50,318 nt of DNA from a virus (taxonomy: Duplodnaviria > Caudoviricetes): the IMG/VR virus record IMGVR_UViG_3300045282_000259, positions 1-50,318 of that record, one strand, 5' to 3'. Made by a program: the position numbers and the translations under genes. Positions 1 to 8,507 of the stretch are shown piece by piece (the first letter of the stretch is position 1; each line of letters opens with the position of its first letter). The notes beneath the pieces were generated by a model that saw only the letters and a program-made list of their open reading frames with translations, was not told where the DNA came from and made no database searches.

Positions 1-127
1 CACAGTCACCTTGTCCTTGCGCTTAATGGCCCGACGCAACGCGGCTCGGTCATCTGCCGTCCGCTTCTTCGGCTTGGCTTTCATGTGAGACCTCCGTCTC
101 CACCGTAGTCTTACGGATAACGCAGGA
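1..127. repeat. 127-bp terminal direct repeat (copy 1), probable circular-assembly overlap
   Basis: 1-127 is identical to 50192-50318; 127 is a common maximum assembler k-mer. Confidence 0.95.
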
Positions 128-187
128 CTTGCGTATACGCGGGAATGGCGTATGTTGTGTTCATTGAAACGGCGAGCGCATAGACCA

Positions 188-394
188 ATGACCCATGAGG
201 AAAGGATCGAAGGCGAGTTGTCCGGCATCAATCATCGGCTCGCGGGAATCGAGTCAAGGTTTGCCGGAATTGAGAGCCGCGCTGCCGAGATCGAAAATCG
301 TCTGATGCACCTGCAGACAATTGGTACATGGTTGTTCGCGGGTCTATTGGCCTCCTATGCCGCCATCCTGGCTGTTGCACTACGCGTCCACTAG
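188..394 (+). CDS. small coiled-coil protein with C-terminal TM helix (moron-like)
   Basis: ATG at 188; heptad repeats LAGIESR/FAGIESR, then a hydrophobic C-terminus. Confidence 0.65.
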   Translation: MTHEERIEGELSGINHRLAGIESRFAGIESRAAEIENRLMHLQTIGTWLFAGLLASYAAILAVALRVH

Positions 395-597
395 TGACTC
401 CCACCCAATACCGCGACGCCATCAAGGCTCTCGGCCTCAGCCAAGAGCGGGCTGGGGATTGGCTCGGTATCGGCAAACGGACATCTCAGAGTTACGCGCT
501 CGGGGAAAGCCGCATTCCCGAACCGGTAGCCAAGCTATTGCGGATCATGATCGAATTGAAACTTAACCCAGACAAAATTGAAGGAATTACCAAGTGA
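394..597 (+). CDS. XRE/Cro-family HTH protein
   Basis: GTG at 394 overlaps the upstream stop; AIKALGLSQERAGDWLGIGKRTSQSYALGESRIP is an HTH pattern. Confidence 0.75.
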   Translation: MTPTQYRDAIKALGLSQERAGDWLGIGKRTSQSYALGESRIPEPVAKLLRIMIELKLNPDKIEGITK

Positions 598-830
598 AGA
601 AATTACTAATGACGACTCTTGCTTTCACTGCGCTGTTTGGTGGCGCGGCGTGTGCTGCTGAGCGCAGTCCATATACGGTTCATGAGATCAATAAGGCTTT
701 AGAGTTTTTTGGTCGGCCCAGCCTTGGAACGTCCAAGATACTGCACAATGACCGCGACGGGATCCGCGATAAAGAAACGACCAAAACCTTTACTGAGAGC
801 ACGATAACCTATCACTCCGGCAACAAATGA
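594..830 (+). CDS. small secreted protein
   Basis: GTGA overlap; N-terminal signal peptide MKKLLMTTLAFTALFGGAACA. Confidence 0.6.
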   Translation: MKKLLMTTLAFTALFGGAACAAERSPYTVHEINKALEFFGRPSLGTSKILHNDRDGIRDKETTKTFTESTITYHSGNK

Positions 831-841
831 ACCCTACGCGG

Positions 842-943
842 TCAGCTCCATAGCGCCCATCCCAGCAGCACCAACCCCCACACGATTGCGAAATACATCA
901 GCGCACCGTGTGGGGTTCCAAGCCACTGCCGGAAGGCTTTCAC
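842..943 (-). CDS. 33-aa membrane peptide (not in ORF track)
   Basis: Read by hand: GGAAGG RBS, GTG start, MKAFRQWLGTPHGALMYFAIVWGLVLLGWALWS. Confidence 0.45.
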   Translation of the reverse strand: MKAFRQWLGTPHGALMYFAIVWGLVLLGWALWS

Positions 944-1004
944 ATGAAACCTTCCATTTACGGAACTGTGCTATAGTCCGAGCCCAAGGACACCGGACAC
1001 CGCC

Positions 1005-1223
1005 ATGACCGACGGTCCGAACTTCAACCAGCACGGGCTCGATATCCGCGAACAGATTGCCCGTATCGACCACCTGCTGGCCGATATCCATCGTATCGAT
1101 GCCGACCGCGACCGCAAACGGCAAGAGATCAGATATCAACCATTCCTGATGCTTGCCAGCGGCCTTACCGCTGGCGCCGCTATCTTCGCGGCCGGGGCTG
1201 CATTCATGAAGCTGTTTGGATAA
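1005..1223 (+). CDS. small coiled-coil protein with C-terminal TM helix
   Basis: AAGGA/GGA upstream; TATAGT -10-like hexamer at ~971; hydrophobic C-terminus. Confidence 0.65.
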   Translation: MTDGPNFNQHGLDIREQIARIDHLLADIHRIDADRDRKRQEIRYQPFLMLASGLTAGAAIFAAGAAFMKLFG

Positions 1224-1435
1224 ATAGATCGCGTCGAGATCCGGCTGAGACGATAGACTACCACACCTCACGCGACAGGTGGTATGTCCGCTCTCGCGGT
1301 GTGGCCGGTTCACGCTTACTGCCGTATTGCTGGCACTGCCTTGAACAGGGAAACCCTGACCACGTCGGTTCCTACATCCAGGTGGAACCGAACGGGCGGC
1401 ACACTACACCCAGATCAAACGGCCATACAAGTGAG

Positions 1436-2098
1436 TCATGCCACGGCCTCCACCATCTCAGCCGGCATGCTGTGCCGAATCATGCCGAACAGCACCTCGA
1501 TCCGGCCGTGCCTGCCAATGCGGTTAACCGTCGCCACCAGACCGGAATAGACCCCATTATCAGCGACACGGACCCAATCTCCCGCCGCAAAATTGTGGCC
1601 CCGCAAGCGAGCTCGTTCGGACGTGATGAATCCGTCGAGTTCTTCCTGTTGCTTGGCATAGACCGCCAACACAGCATCGTGCGGCAACGTCACCAGCTGA
1701 TTGCGCTCGTTGCGCAAGAAATCGCGCACACCACGAACCGCGAGAATGCTCGCCAGATTGCGGGCATCGGATTGGCGAATGAAGCCGTAGGACGGAAACA
1801 TCGGACGCGCCACCAGCCGGGTGATGGCGCGGCCATTGTGGATGCGGCCGGTTTTGATGCGCCGGCGGATCACCGGCGAAAACAATTCCAATCCGAGCAA
1901 ATGGCAGCGCCAGACGGACGGATATTCCTGCTGTGGTTCGGTCAGAACCACGTACCAGGGCGACATAACCTCATAGGGATCCTCGACCTCGACCTCGACG
2001 ATGTGGCCTGCGGAACCGCGGCTGATCTCCCTGGCGCGCCGGTCGTGGACTTGGGGGCCCTGTGAAGCAGGATCGTACGGGCTGCGGCCCTGGCTCAT
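1436..2098 (-). CDS. NusG/RfaH-family transcription antiterminator (probable late regulator)
   Basis: NGN motifs WYVVLTEPQQE and PMFPSYGF, plus KOW-like GDWVRVADNGVYSGL; start moved to 2098 on the ATGA overlap. Confidence 0.88.
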   Translation of the reverse strand: MSQGRSPYDPASQGPQVHDRRAREISRGSAGHIVEVEVEDPYEVMSPWYVVLTEPQQEYPSVWRCHLLGLELFSPVIRRRIKTGRIHNGRAITRLVARPMFPSYGFIRQSDARNLASILAVRGVRDFLRNERNQLVTLPHDAVLAVYAKQQEELDGFITSERARLRGHNFAAGDWVRVADNGVYSGLVATVNRIGRHGRIEVLFGMIRHSMPAEMVEAVA

Positions 2099-2346
2099 GT
2101 CGGATGCCCTTTTTGGATTAAAGCGATGAAGTCCTTCCATTGACTCAGCTCGGCGCCCTCAACCACCCGCATACCGTCCTTGACACAGTACCAGACATTT
2201 TCCGGCCGTTCTGTATCGTGTACCCGAAACAGAATAATCTCCGCCTCACGGTCCACCTGCACACGATCGGAACAATTGGCGTGGACACCGAAGCACAGGC
2301 TATCGAGATATCCCGGCGGGCGCCCGCAAACTTTGCAGACGATCAT
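2095..2346 (-). CDS. hypothetical protein with CxxC
   Basis: MIVCKVCG start; stop coupled to the nusG-like start. Confidence 0.55.
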   Translation of the reverse strand: MIVCKVCGRPPGYLDSLCFGVHANCSDRVQVDREAEIILFRVHDTERPENVWYCVKDGMRVVEGAELSQWKDFIALIQKGHPT

Positions 2347-2347
2347 A

Positions 2348-2548
2348 TCAACCGTTCCCTTTCCGCCTCTGCCCGCAGCCACGCCGCAGTCGCTTCGATC
2401 CGGTTGATACGGCCCGGTCAATTAGCACTTCCTCGATCTTGATAATGCGGGCTTCCAGGAATGGTGATTTATCCAGCCTGCGGAGGGCGATCAGCATGGT
2501 TTGCAGCCGCGCGGTTGATAGCTTTTCAAGGGGCTCTGCGGTGGTCAC
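2348..2548 (-). CDS. hypothetical protein
   Basis: fills the operon slot between neighbours. Confidence 0.45.
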   Translation of the reverse strand: MTTAEPLEKLSTARLQTMLIALRRLDKSPFLEARIIKIEEVLIDRAVSTGSKRLRRGCGQRRKGNG

Positions 2549-2560
2549 AGCGTGGCTTCA

Positions 2561-2713
2561 TCAGCCATCCTCACAGGCCTGGCCGACCGCCAAACCCTCC
2601 GGCTTGTCCAGTGGAGGCGTGCCCCGCAAAATTGTGGCCCCGCAAGCGAGCTCGTTCGGACCGGTCAGGACCACGTACCAGGGCGACATAACCTCATAGA
2701 GTTTCCTAACCAT
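2561..2713 (-). CDS. small chimeric ORF containing two copied nusG-like fragments
   Basis: GGGGG RBS; 2624-2661 and 2662-2699 match the nusG-like gene. Confidence 0.4.
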   Translation of the reverse strand: MVRKLYEVMSPWYVVLTGPNELACGATILRGTPPLDKPEGLAVGQACEDG

Positions 2714-2726
2714 CACGCTTCCCCCT

Positions 2727-3344
2727 CTAGTCGTTTCTCGCCCAGCCGAGTTCCGGCATTTCGTCATCGAGTGAAAGGTTGGAGTCCACGATAGCGTCGA
2801 GTGGGTCTTCGACCGACCGCCGGATCTGGGTGACCGTGGCGCCAGGGAACGCTTCCTTAACCTCAGTGACAGCCCGGTAGTTGGTCAGCATCCGCCCCAG
2901 CTCATCGAGGGTATAGACCACCACCTTGCGCCCATCCCTCACCACCGCCCTGGCCTCCTCCGCAGTACGGACGATCGCCACCACGGTGCCGTCCTCCAGC
3001 GCCGTCTCCCAGACCACAGTAGCCAACTCGGGCGCGTGGTTGTCTGTGGCCACCCTGTCGAGCGCCTGCCACGCCGCAATCATGCGGGAACTTTCGCGCC
3101 GCACTGCTTCAAGGTCGCCGTGCCAAATAGCTTGATTGAATAGGTAACGCTGCCTGTCGTATTTCTCCCTCAACTCCGCGGAGACCAGCAGCCGCAAACG
3201 GCCGGCGCCCCACCTTGTTTCCATCGCCATGGCCACAGCGTCTGCGCCATCGATGTGCGCCTGTCCGGCAATGTAGGTTCCAGGGGACATCGCCCATGAG
3301 CGAGTTCGTCCCCGCGGAGCGATCCCTTCTTTGACTTTACCCAT
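2727..3344 (-). CDS. conserved phage protein downstream of primase-helicase
   Basis: 205-aa ORF with GAGGA RBS, in a typical position. Confidence 0.7.
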   Translation of the reverse strand: MGKVKEGIAPRGRTRSWAMSPGTYIAGQAHIDGADAVAMAMETRWGAGRLRLLVSAELREKYDRQRYLFNQAIWHGDLEAVRRESSRMIAAWQALDRVATDNHAPELATVVWETALEDGTVVAIVRTAEEARAVVRDGRKVVVYTLDELGRMLTNYRAVTEVKEAFPGATVTQIRRSVEDPLDAIVDSNLSLDDEMPELGWARND

Positions 3345-3384
3345 CGAGTTCCATCCTCGCTTTTAGATTGCATACAACCAAACA

Positions 3385-3585
3385 CTCTCACCCCCCATAC
3401 CCCCCTAGGAAGGGAAGCGATACGATACAACAACGGAACCAATCCCGTTGTATCGTAGATCGATACAAAATAACGAAAGCAAATCATGAGCTTATCCGAA
3501 TTTGTATCGAAAAATCGGTCTCTGTATCGGGGCCGATACAACGACAAATGGAACCGGTTTTGTATCGCGGTTTCGCGATACAGAT
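3385..3585. repeat. putative replication origin with inverted TGTATCG/CGATACA iterons
   Basis: 8 heptamers (3423, 3449, 3461, 3503, 3523, 3534, 3561, 3576) in an AT-richer intergenic gap right after the primase-helicase gene. Confidence 0.65.
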
Positions 3586-3614
3586 GATCCCCTTTTGTTC
3601 ACGTTGGAACTTTG

Positions 3615-5681
3615 TCATCCAAAAGCTCCTGACCCGATTTCGGTCTCACCCTTCTTGGTGAGCTTGTATTTGCCGTTGCGGTGTTTGCTGACAAAACTGA
3701 ACTCGAGCAGGCTCTTTATAATGCGCTGCACCTTTGACCGGCTTGGCCGGCCCTCATTAACGAACCCGCATCGGACGGCGATCTGCTCAAACGTGGCGTT
3801 GGGACTGGCAGCCATAATCTTGAGCACCCGGTTTTCGTCATTCTCGAGTTTGCGCCGACCTTCCTCCATGGTGAGGTCGGCAACCGGAACGGCAACCACG
3901 GACGGCATCAGCCTGCCGTCGGCGTCATGAACCCGCACGCTGTCCGCCATTCGAAGCTCGAAGGCCAGCGGCTCGAACTCTGGCCCGCGGAACTTGCCCA
4001 GCCAATGCAGGCTGACCTGCCTTTCGGCGTCAGCCCACAGCGTCAAGTTCCCATCCACCTCATTGAGGAAAGCGGACCCTCCCATAGGCAGCAAATTGTC
4101 TTGGGCGGCGTTCTTGATGGGATGGCAGTTGACCAGCACGGCGGGCTTGCCGTGCAGGAAGGTCAGCTCCCTAAGCAGGCGAGCATAGGCGCCCTGCTGG
4201 CTGTTGGAGTTGGTTTCATCGCCAGGGAAGTAAGCCGCGGCGGTGTCGACAATTACCAGCACCAGGTCGTCGATGGCGTCAGCTTCCGCCCGGATCTCGA
4301 CCATTCGGGTGGCGATATTGACCACGCCGGCGATGAACCGCATTTTGAGCTGTTCCGGCACAAAACCATAGGCCTCGCCCAGCACCAGGAACCGGGCCCG
4401 GATATCGTCTGGATTCTCGCCGGCGAGGAGCAGCACCGTGCCCTGCTTGACAGCTCGACCGTGCATGTTCTCGGCGCGCGCCACGCATTGCGCCACATAC
4501 ATGGCCACCGCGGTCTTGCCGTGCCCGGTGCGGGCCGTCAGGCTGTACAGATAGCCGCGCTGCAATATGCCGTCGATGAGATAGGCGGGCGGCGTAAAGC
4601 CATCGATGAACTGCTCGGCGTTGAGCAATAGCGGCAACGGCTGACCGGTCTTGGGATCGATCGGCGGTGGCTGTGGCGGTGGCTCATCTTTGGGCTTTGG
4701 ATTGGGCTTAGCCGCCTCCGCGACCATGCGAGGCGATCCCCAGTGGCGTAGGGTGGCGCGCCATTTTTGCCGGAACGCGGTGGGCCCTCGCCCTTCTCGC
4801 TCCAGCCCCTCGAATTTGGTGACGCCTATGATGCGACTGGTGACCCGGCGCTCGTAGATCTCGTAGGCCTTCTCGGCCGCGGGTAGCCACACCTCTATGG
4901 TGGGAGGTATTGGGCTTTGCCGGTACAGTTCCAGCACCGCGCGCCAAATCACGTTTCGCATCACCTTCTCACGGCCGTCCTGGACGTTGCCAAAGCCGTC
5001 ATAGTCACTTCCAGGCGAGGCGGTGTGTTCGTGCGGCGTACTGCCCTGGTCGCCTCCGTAGGCCCCCGCCAGCGCCTCTACAGCGTCCAGCAACCATGGC
5101 TCGGCGATGGCGATAGGGATCTCCCACGGCGCACAGCCTGGCGCCCATTGGTAATGCCGGCCGCTTTCGTGGAGACTTGCTGGCATGACGGCAAAGCCGG
5201 CCTGTCCGCGGATATCGATGCCTAGCGAGGTGCGGTTGGTGGGGACGTGATAGTTCGTCGGAGCGCGGAACAGTTTTTGCCGTCCGCCGCCACCGGTTTG
5301 CTGCTCGGCGGTTTCCGGATTTATGTTGTTGTTTTCGACGCTGATGAGGCCGCGCCACCATTGGTCGGCTTGCGGTCCTTTGTGGTCGTCGAAATCGAGC
5401 ACAAACACGTTGCCGCTGGCTTCGCCCGTGACGATGCCAAGATTGTCACGTGTGACATGCTCGCCGCCGGGGGCGTACCAGCGATCGAACGTGGTTTGCG
5501 GCGCAAGCTTGTGGTGATACTCGGTCCACTCCGACAGCTTGGGGCGTTTCCATGGCCCTGTGGTTTCGCCAGGTATCCAACTAGGAATCACCTGCAAGCC
5601 GAGGGTGCGGTACATGCAAGCCCAATCCGCCGGACTGGCGAAATCTGGATCGAAGTCCGGCGGGCAAAAGGCGTGGTGCAT
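3615..5681 (-). CDS. bifunctional Prim-Pol primase / RepA-like AAA helicase
   Basis: Prim-Pol motifs NLGIVTG, VLDFD, QTGGGGRQ, IDIRG; Walker A ARTGHGKT; Walker B LVIVDT. Confidence 0.9.
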   Translation of the reverse strand: MHHAFCPPDFDPDFASPADWACMYRTLGLQVIPSWIPGETTGPWKRPKLSEWTEYHHKLAPQTTFDRWYAPGGEHVTRDNLGIVTGEASGNVFVLDFDDHKGPQADQWWRGLISVENNNINPETAEQQTGGGGRQKLFRAPTNYHVPTNRTSLGIDIRGQAGFAVMPASLHESGRHYQWAPGCAPWEIPIAIAEPWLLDAVEALAGAYGGDQGSTPHEHTASPGSDYDGFGNVQDGREKVMRNVIWRAVLELYRQSPIPPTIEVWLPAAEKAYEIYERRVTSRIIGVTKFEGLEREGRGPTAFRQKWRATLRHWGSPRMVAEAAKPNPKPKDEPPPQPPPIDPKTGQPLPLLLNAEQFIDGFTPPAYLIDGILQRGYLYSLTARTGHGKTAVAMYVAQCVARAENMHGRAVKQGTVLLLAGENPDDIRARFLVLGEAYGFVPEQLKMRFIAGVVNIATRMVEIRAEADAIDDLVLVIVDTAAAYFPGDETNSNSQQGAYARLLRELTFLHGKPAVLVNCHPIKNAAQDNLLPMGGSAFLNEVDGNLTLWADAERQVSLHWLGKFRGPEFEPLAFELRMADSVRVHDADGRLMPSVVAVPVADLTMEEGRRKLENDENRVLKIMAASPNATFEQIAVRCGFVNEGRPSRSKVQRIIKSLLEFSFVSKHRNGKYKLTKKGETEIGSGAFG

Positions 5682-5690
5682 GGCGGGGGT

Positions 5691-5783
5691 TCAGTCGAAT
5701 GGGAAACCTATTAGTGTGATGGCTTTCAGAAGCAGGACGCAGAACACCAGCCAGCCGAGCAGGAAGAGGAGGTCGGCGATCAT
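5691..5783 (-). CDS. 30-aa hydrophobic peptide (not in ORF track)
   Basis: ATGA overlap with 5780; MIADLLFLLGWLVFCVLLLKAITLIGFPFD. Confidence 0.4.
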   Translation of the reverse strand: MIADLLFLLGWLVFCVLLLKAITLIGFPFD

Positions 5784-6043
5784 TGCAGGACTAAAAACGG
5801 TTGCCTGCACTTGCCACAGATCCCTTTCGTATCAGGCTTCCCCCACATCTCTTCGCCGCACGAGCATATAAATTTTGTAGGTTCGCCATCACCATCCCAG
5901 TCGGGAAACTCGGCTTGAATCTCTTCTTTTGAACGAACTAGCCGAGTGCTGTTTGGAGCAGGTGAGTTGTGTTCGATCGGCATGCTGTCGATGTGAGAGC
6001 CGTGTTGCTGAAACCAGGGCGGTTTGTCTTTATCTCGGGTCAT
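5780..6043 (-). CDS. hypothetical protein with C-terminal Zn ribbon
   Basis: CxC...CxxC; ATGA-coupled. Confidence 0.55.
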   Translation of the reverse strand: MTRDKDKPPWFQQHGSHIDSMPIEHNSPAPNSTRLVRSKEEIQAEFPDWDGDGEPTKFICSCGEEMWGKPDTKGICGKCRQPFLVLQ

Positions 6044-6624
6044 GGGGGTGTCTCCAGTATATCGCGGAGTTGCTCGCGTTCGTGTTGGGTTAGCTTGGGT
6101 AGCTGCTTGAGAATGATTTCGAGTGGTGTTGGCTGTTTACGAAAGCCAGCGTCGATCGCAGCAGCGTGAGCTGAGAGTTCGCCACGCACCACCTTCTCGG
6201 CGAGATCGGGGCGGTCGCGCTTTAAGCGTTTGAGCGTGTAGGTAGGGTCTGTCCCCCGAAAGCCAGTAATATTATCACTGGCTTTATTCCCTCTACCGCC
6301 TTTTGCTCCAGCCTCACTGTAATCAACAAGTGGTGCCGGATCGACTGCTTCATCAATTAGCCGTCGCACATCATCATGCTTGATGCAGAACGCTTTCAAT
6401 TCGTTAACAGTAGAGTTCAGCCCGAACCAAAAAGGCGCAGCCGCAAAAGCTTCAAACGACTTGAACGGCTGACCATTTTTGTCGTGACATTCCTTCCACA
6501 CCTTGTGCTCGATTAAGGTCTTCAAACTCATGGGCACCAGCTCAAAGGCGCGCTCGCCTCCATGCATGATGCTGCGTTGAAGATTGCGCAAGGTATTGAT
6601 CGGCTGTCGCGCTTCACTAAACAT
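6040..6624 (-). CDS. putative DNA-binding protein
   Basis: C-terminal YTLKRLKRDRPDLAEKVVRGELSAHAAAIDAG helical motif; coupled to the helicase gene. Confidence 0.65.
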   Translation of the reverse strand: MFSEARQPINTLRNLQRSIMHGGERAFELVPMSLKTLIEHKVWKECHDKNGQPFKSFEAFAAAPFWFGLNSTVNELKAFCIKHDDVRRLIDEAVDPAPLVDYSEAGAKGGRGNKASDNITGFRGTDPTYTLKRLKRDRPDLAEKVVRGELSAHAAAIDAGFRKQPTPLEIILKQLPKLTQHEREQLRDILETPP

Positions 6625-8500
6625 TTTCGCTGCTCCCTACCCAGGATTTGAGCAGCTCTTCAACCTGCTTCATTACCTCGATGCCGCGGTTATCCATGAG
6701 GTCATTGAGATCACGAACACCGGTCAACTTATAGATATCGGTCCACACTTTTCCAAAATCCGGCTCACTGGAATTGCGCCGAATAGCAAGTCGCCTAGCA
6801 AGTTTATTGATGTCGCGGCGTAAAGCTTTCTTTTGAACTTGTAATGGTTTTGCCGGTGCTTCAGTCGGATCGATTGTCACACCAGCTTTGCGCATCACAC
6901 ACGCAATTGCGGATGCAGCAACACCAAACAATTGCGGCGCCTCTTCCTTGAGTTTTTCAGCAGCATTGATTTCTGCTGCTGAATAGGCGTCACCAAAATA
7001 GATTGCACCACCGTCTTGATGGGTTGACCCCAAAGCAATAAATGGTTTTGGCTCCCCACCTTCACCACCCTTTCTTTTTTTGCGCTCCTTCAAACCGGCA
7101 TCCGCTTCCTCTTGAATACGTTCTGCCCACTCGACGAGTTGCGGAAATTTTGGAATGAAGATCACCGCGTGCTCTTCGGCATCTTCTTTTATAACACTCA
7201 TGACCCGGCCACAGAGCTGCCGAAATAAAAGCTCTGTGGTAGGGCGCGTTGCCATAATCAGTACCATGAGGCGCTTGATATGAACGCCTTCACTGACTTT
7301 GCGGACGGCACACAGAAATTTTTCAGCGCTTTTACGGAAGTTTTCGATTATTGCTGCTCCGTCTGTATCGTCATGACTCACAACAACCGGTTCGTTACCG
7401 GTTACTCTGTGCGTCAGTTTGCCGATCTGACGAAGATGTCGCGTATCATCTTCATCAATGCCAGGACGACAAACAACCAAGCAACCGGCATTGGTGTACT
7501 GAATCCGAAATTCATCCAGCTTGGCCTCACCCCTGGCAATAAAGGTTTCTAGCCATGTTGAATCACCGCGCATAATCGTAGCGCTTGCGCCACGAACGTC
7601 ATCTTCCATTTCGGCTTCAGATAGTTTGACCTTTACAGCGCGTCGCTGGCTCTCTATTTCCTCATCCTGCTGTCTGACAAACTCTGCAATGCCATCGTCA
7701 GTGACGAACTCAACAGCGCGGCAAACTCCGTCAGCCACAGCTTCCTGATAGCTGTAAGTGTAGTGAGCGACCGCTTTTCCTGCATCGTATTTGATGAAGG
7801 AAATGCGCTGGCCATCGCCGCGAAACACAGTGCCGCTAATTGCCAATACTTGAACCGCACAGTCCTTCAATTGTTCACCAGCTTGGCCCCAGACATTCAA
7901 TTCGGTCAGATGGTGAACCTCATCAAAGATCACGAAAAGGCGAACACCATTTCGCTTCCATGTCTGAAAGGTACTGATCAAGTTTGGCAGTTGCGAATAT
8001 GTGATGACGGCACCGCGAAATTCAGTCGGGCACGCCCGACTTTCATGAAGGACCGTCGTAATCTCAATACCGACCTTGTGGTAATCGCCAAGAAAACCGG
8101 AATCTTCATCACCTTTGATGCTTGTGAGTGGAGCAACGGCAACGACAAAGTCGGCTTGATTTGATTCAAGCAGCGACTTGAAGCAGAACGCGGAAAATAT
8201 CGTCTTTCCGCACGCCATAGTGGCGTTAAGCAAAAAGGCGCGGTCAGTACAATTTTCGAATTTTTCGAGCGCTTCTGCTTGCCATTCTCTGAGAACAATC
8301 ATGCTACTTCTCCTATGTGTTAAACGGTGACAGCGCCTGCACAGCGCCATTCCGTTGGTGATTTCGGTAACACCGCCATCGGCGTACCGAATCTTGTGAT
8401 GACCATCCCAATCCCTGAGAAGCTCACCACATTGTTCACACCTGCCATCCGCACGGATGAACAAATGTCGTCTTTGAGAGCGATTGAATGATCGCAACAC
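6617..8500 (-). CDS. HNH endonuclease fused to SF2 (DExH, ResIII-like) helicase
   Basis: CEQC...DGHHK...NGMALCRRCH; Q-motif LREWQ; ATMACGKT; DEVHH; SEGV; QLCGR. Confidence 0.85.
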   Translation of the reverse strand: MLRSFNRSQRRHLFIRADGRCEQCGELLRDWDGHHKIRYADGGVTEITNGMALCRRCHRLTHRRSSMIVLREWQAEALEKFENCTDRAFLLNATMACGKTIFSAFCFKSLLESNQADFVVAVAPLTSIKGDEDSGFLGDYHKVGIEITTVLHESRACPTEFRGAVITYSQLPNLISTFQTWKRNGVRLFVIFDEVHHLTELNVWGQAGEQLKDCAVQVLAISGTVFRGDGQRISFIKYDAGKAVAHYTYSYQEAVADGVCRAVEFVTDDGIAEFVRQQDEEIESQRRAVKVKLSEAEMEDDVRGASATIMRGDSTWLETFIARGEAKLDEFRIQYTNAGCLVVCRPGIDEDDTRHLRQIGKLTHRVTGNEPVVVSHDDTDGAAIIENFRKSAEKFLCAVRKVSEGVHIKRLMVLIMATRPTTELLFRQLCGRVMSVIKEDAEEHAVIFIPKFPQLVEWAERIQEEADAGLKERKKRKGGEGGEPKPFIALGSTHQDGGAIYFGDAYSAAEINAAEKLKEEAPQLFGVAASAIACVMRKAGVTIDPTEAPAKPLQVQKKALRRDINKLARRLAIRRNSSEPDFGKVWTDIYKLTGVRDLNDLMDNRGIEVMKQVEELLKSWVGSSENV

Positions 8501-8507
8501 CTCTCAC

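Noticed and set aside
1-127. Biological direct terminal repeat
   Set aside because: The length equals a standard assembly k-mer, the junction falls inside an ORF, and the packaging genes suggest cos ends elsewhere
1585-2699. Diversity-generating retroelement TR/VR pair
   Set aside because: No reverse transcriptase is present; the matches are only 38 bp with a single mismatch
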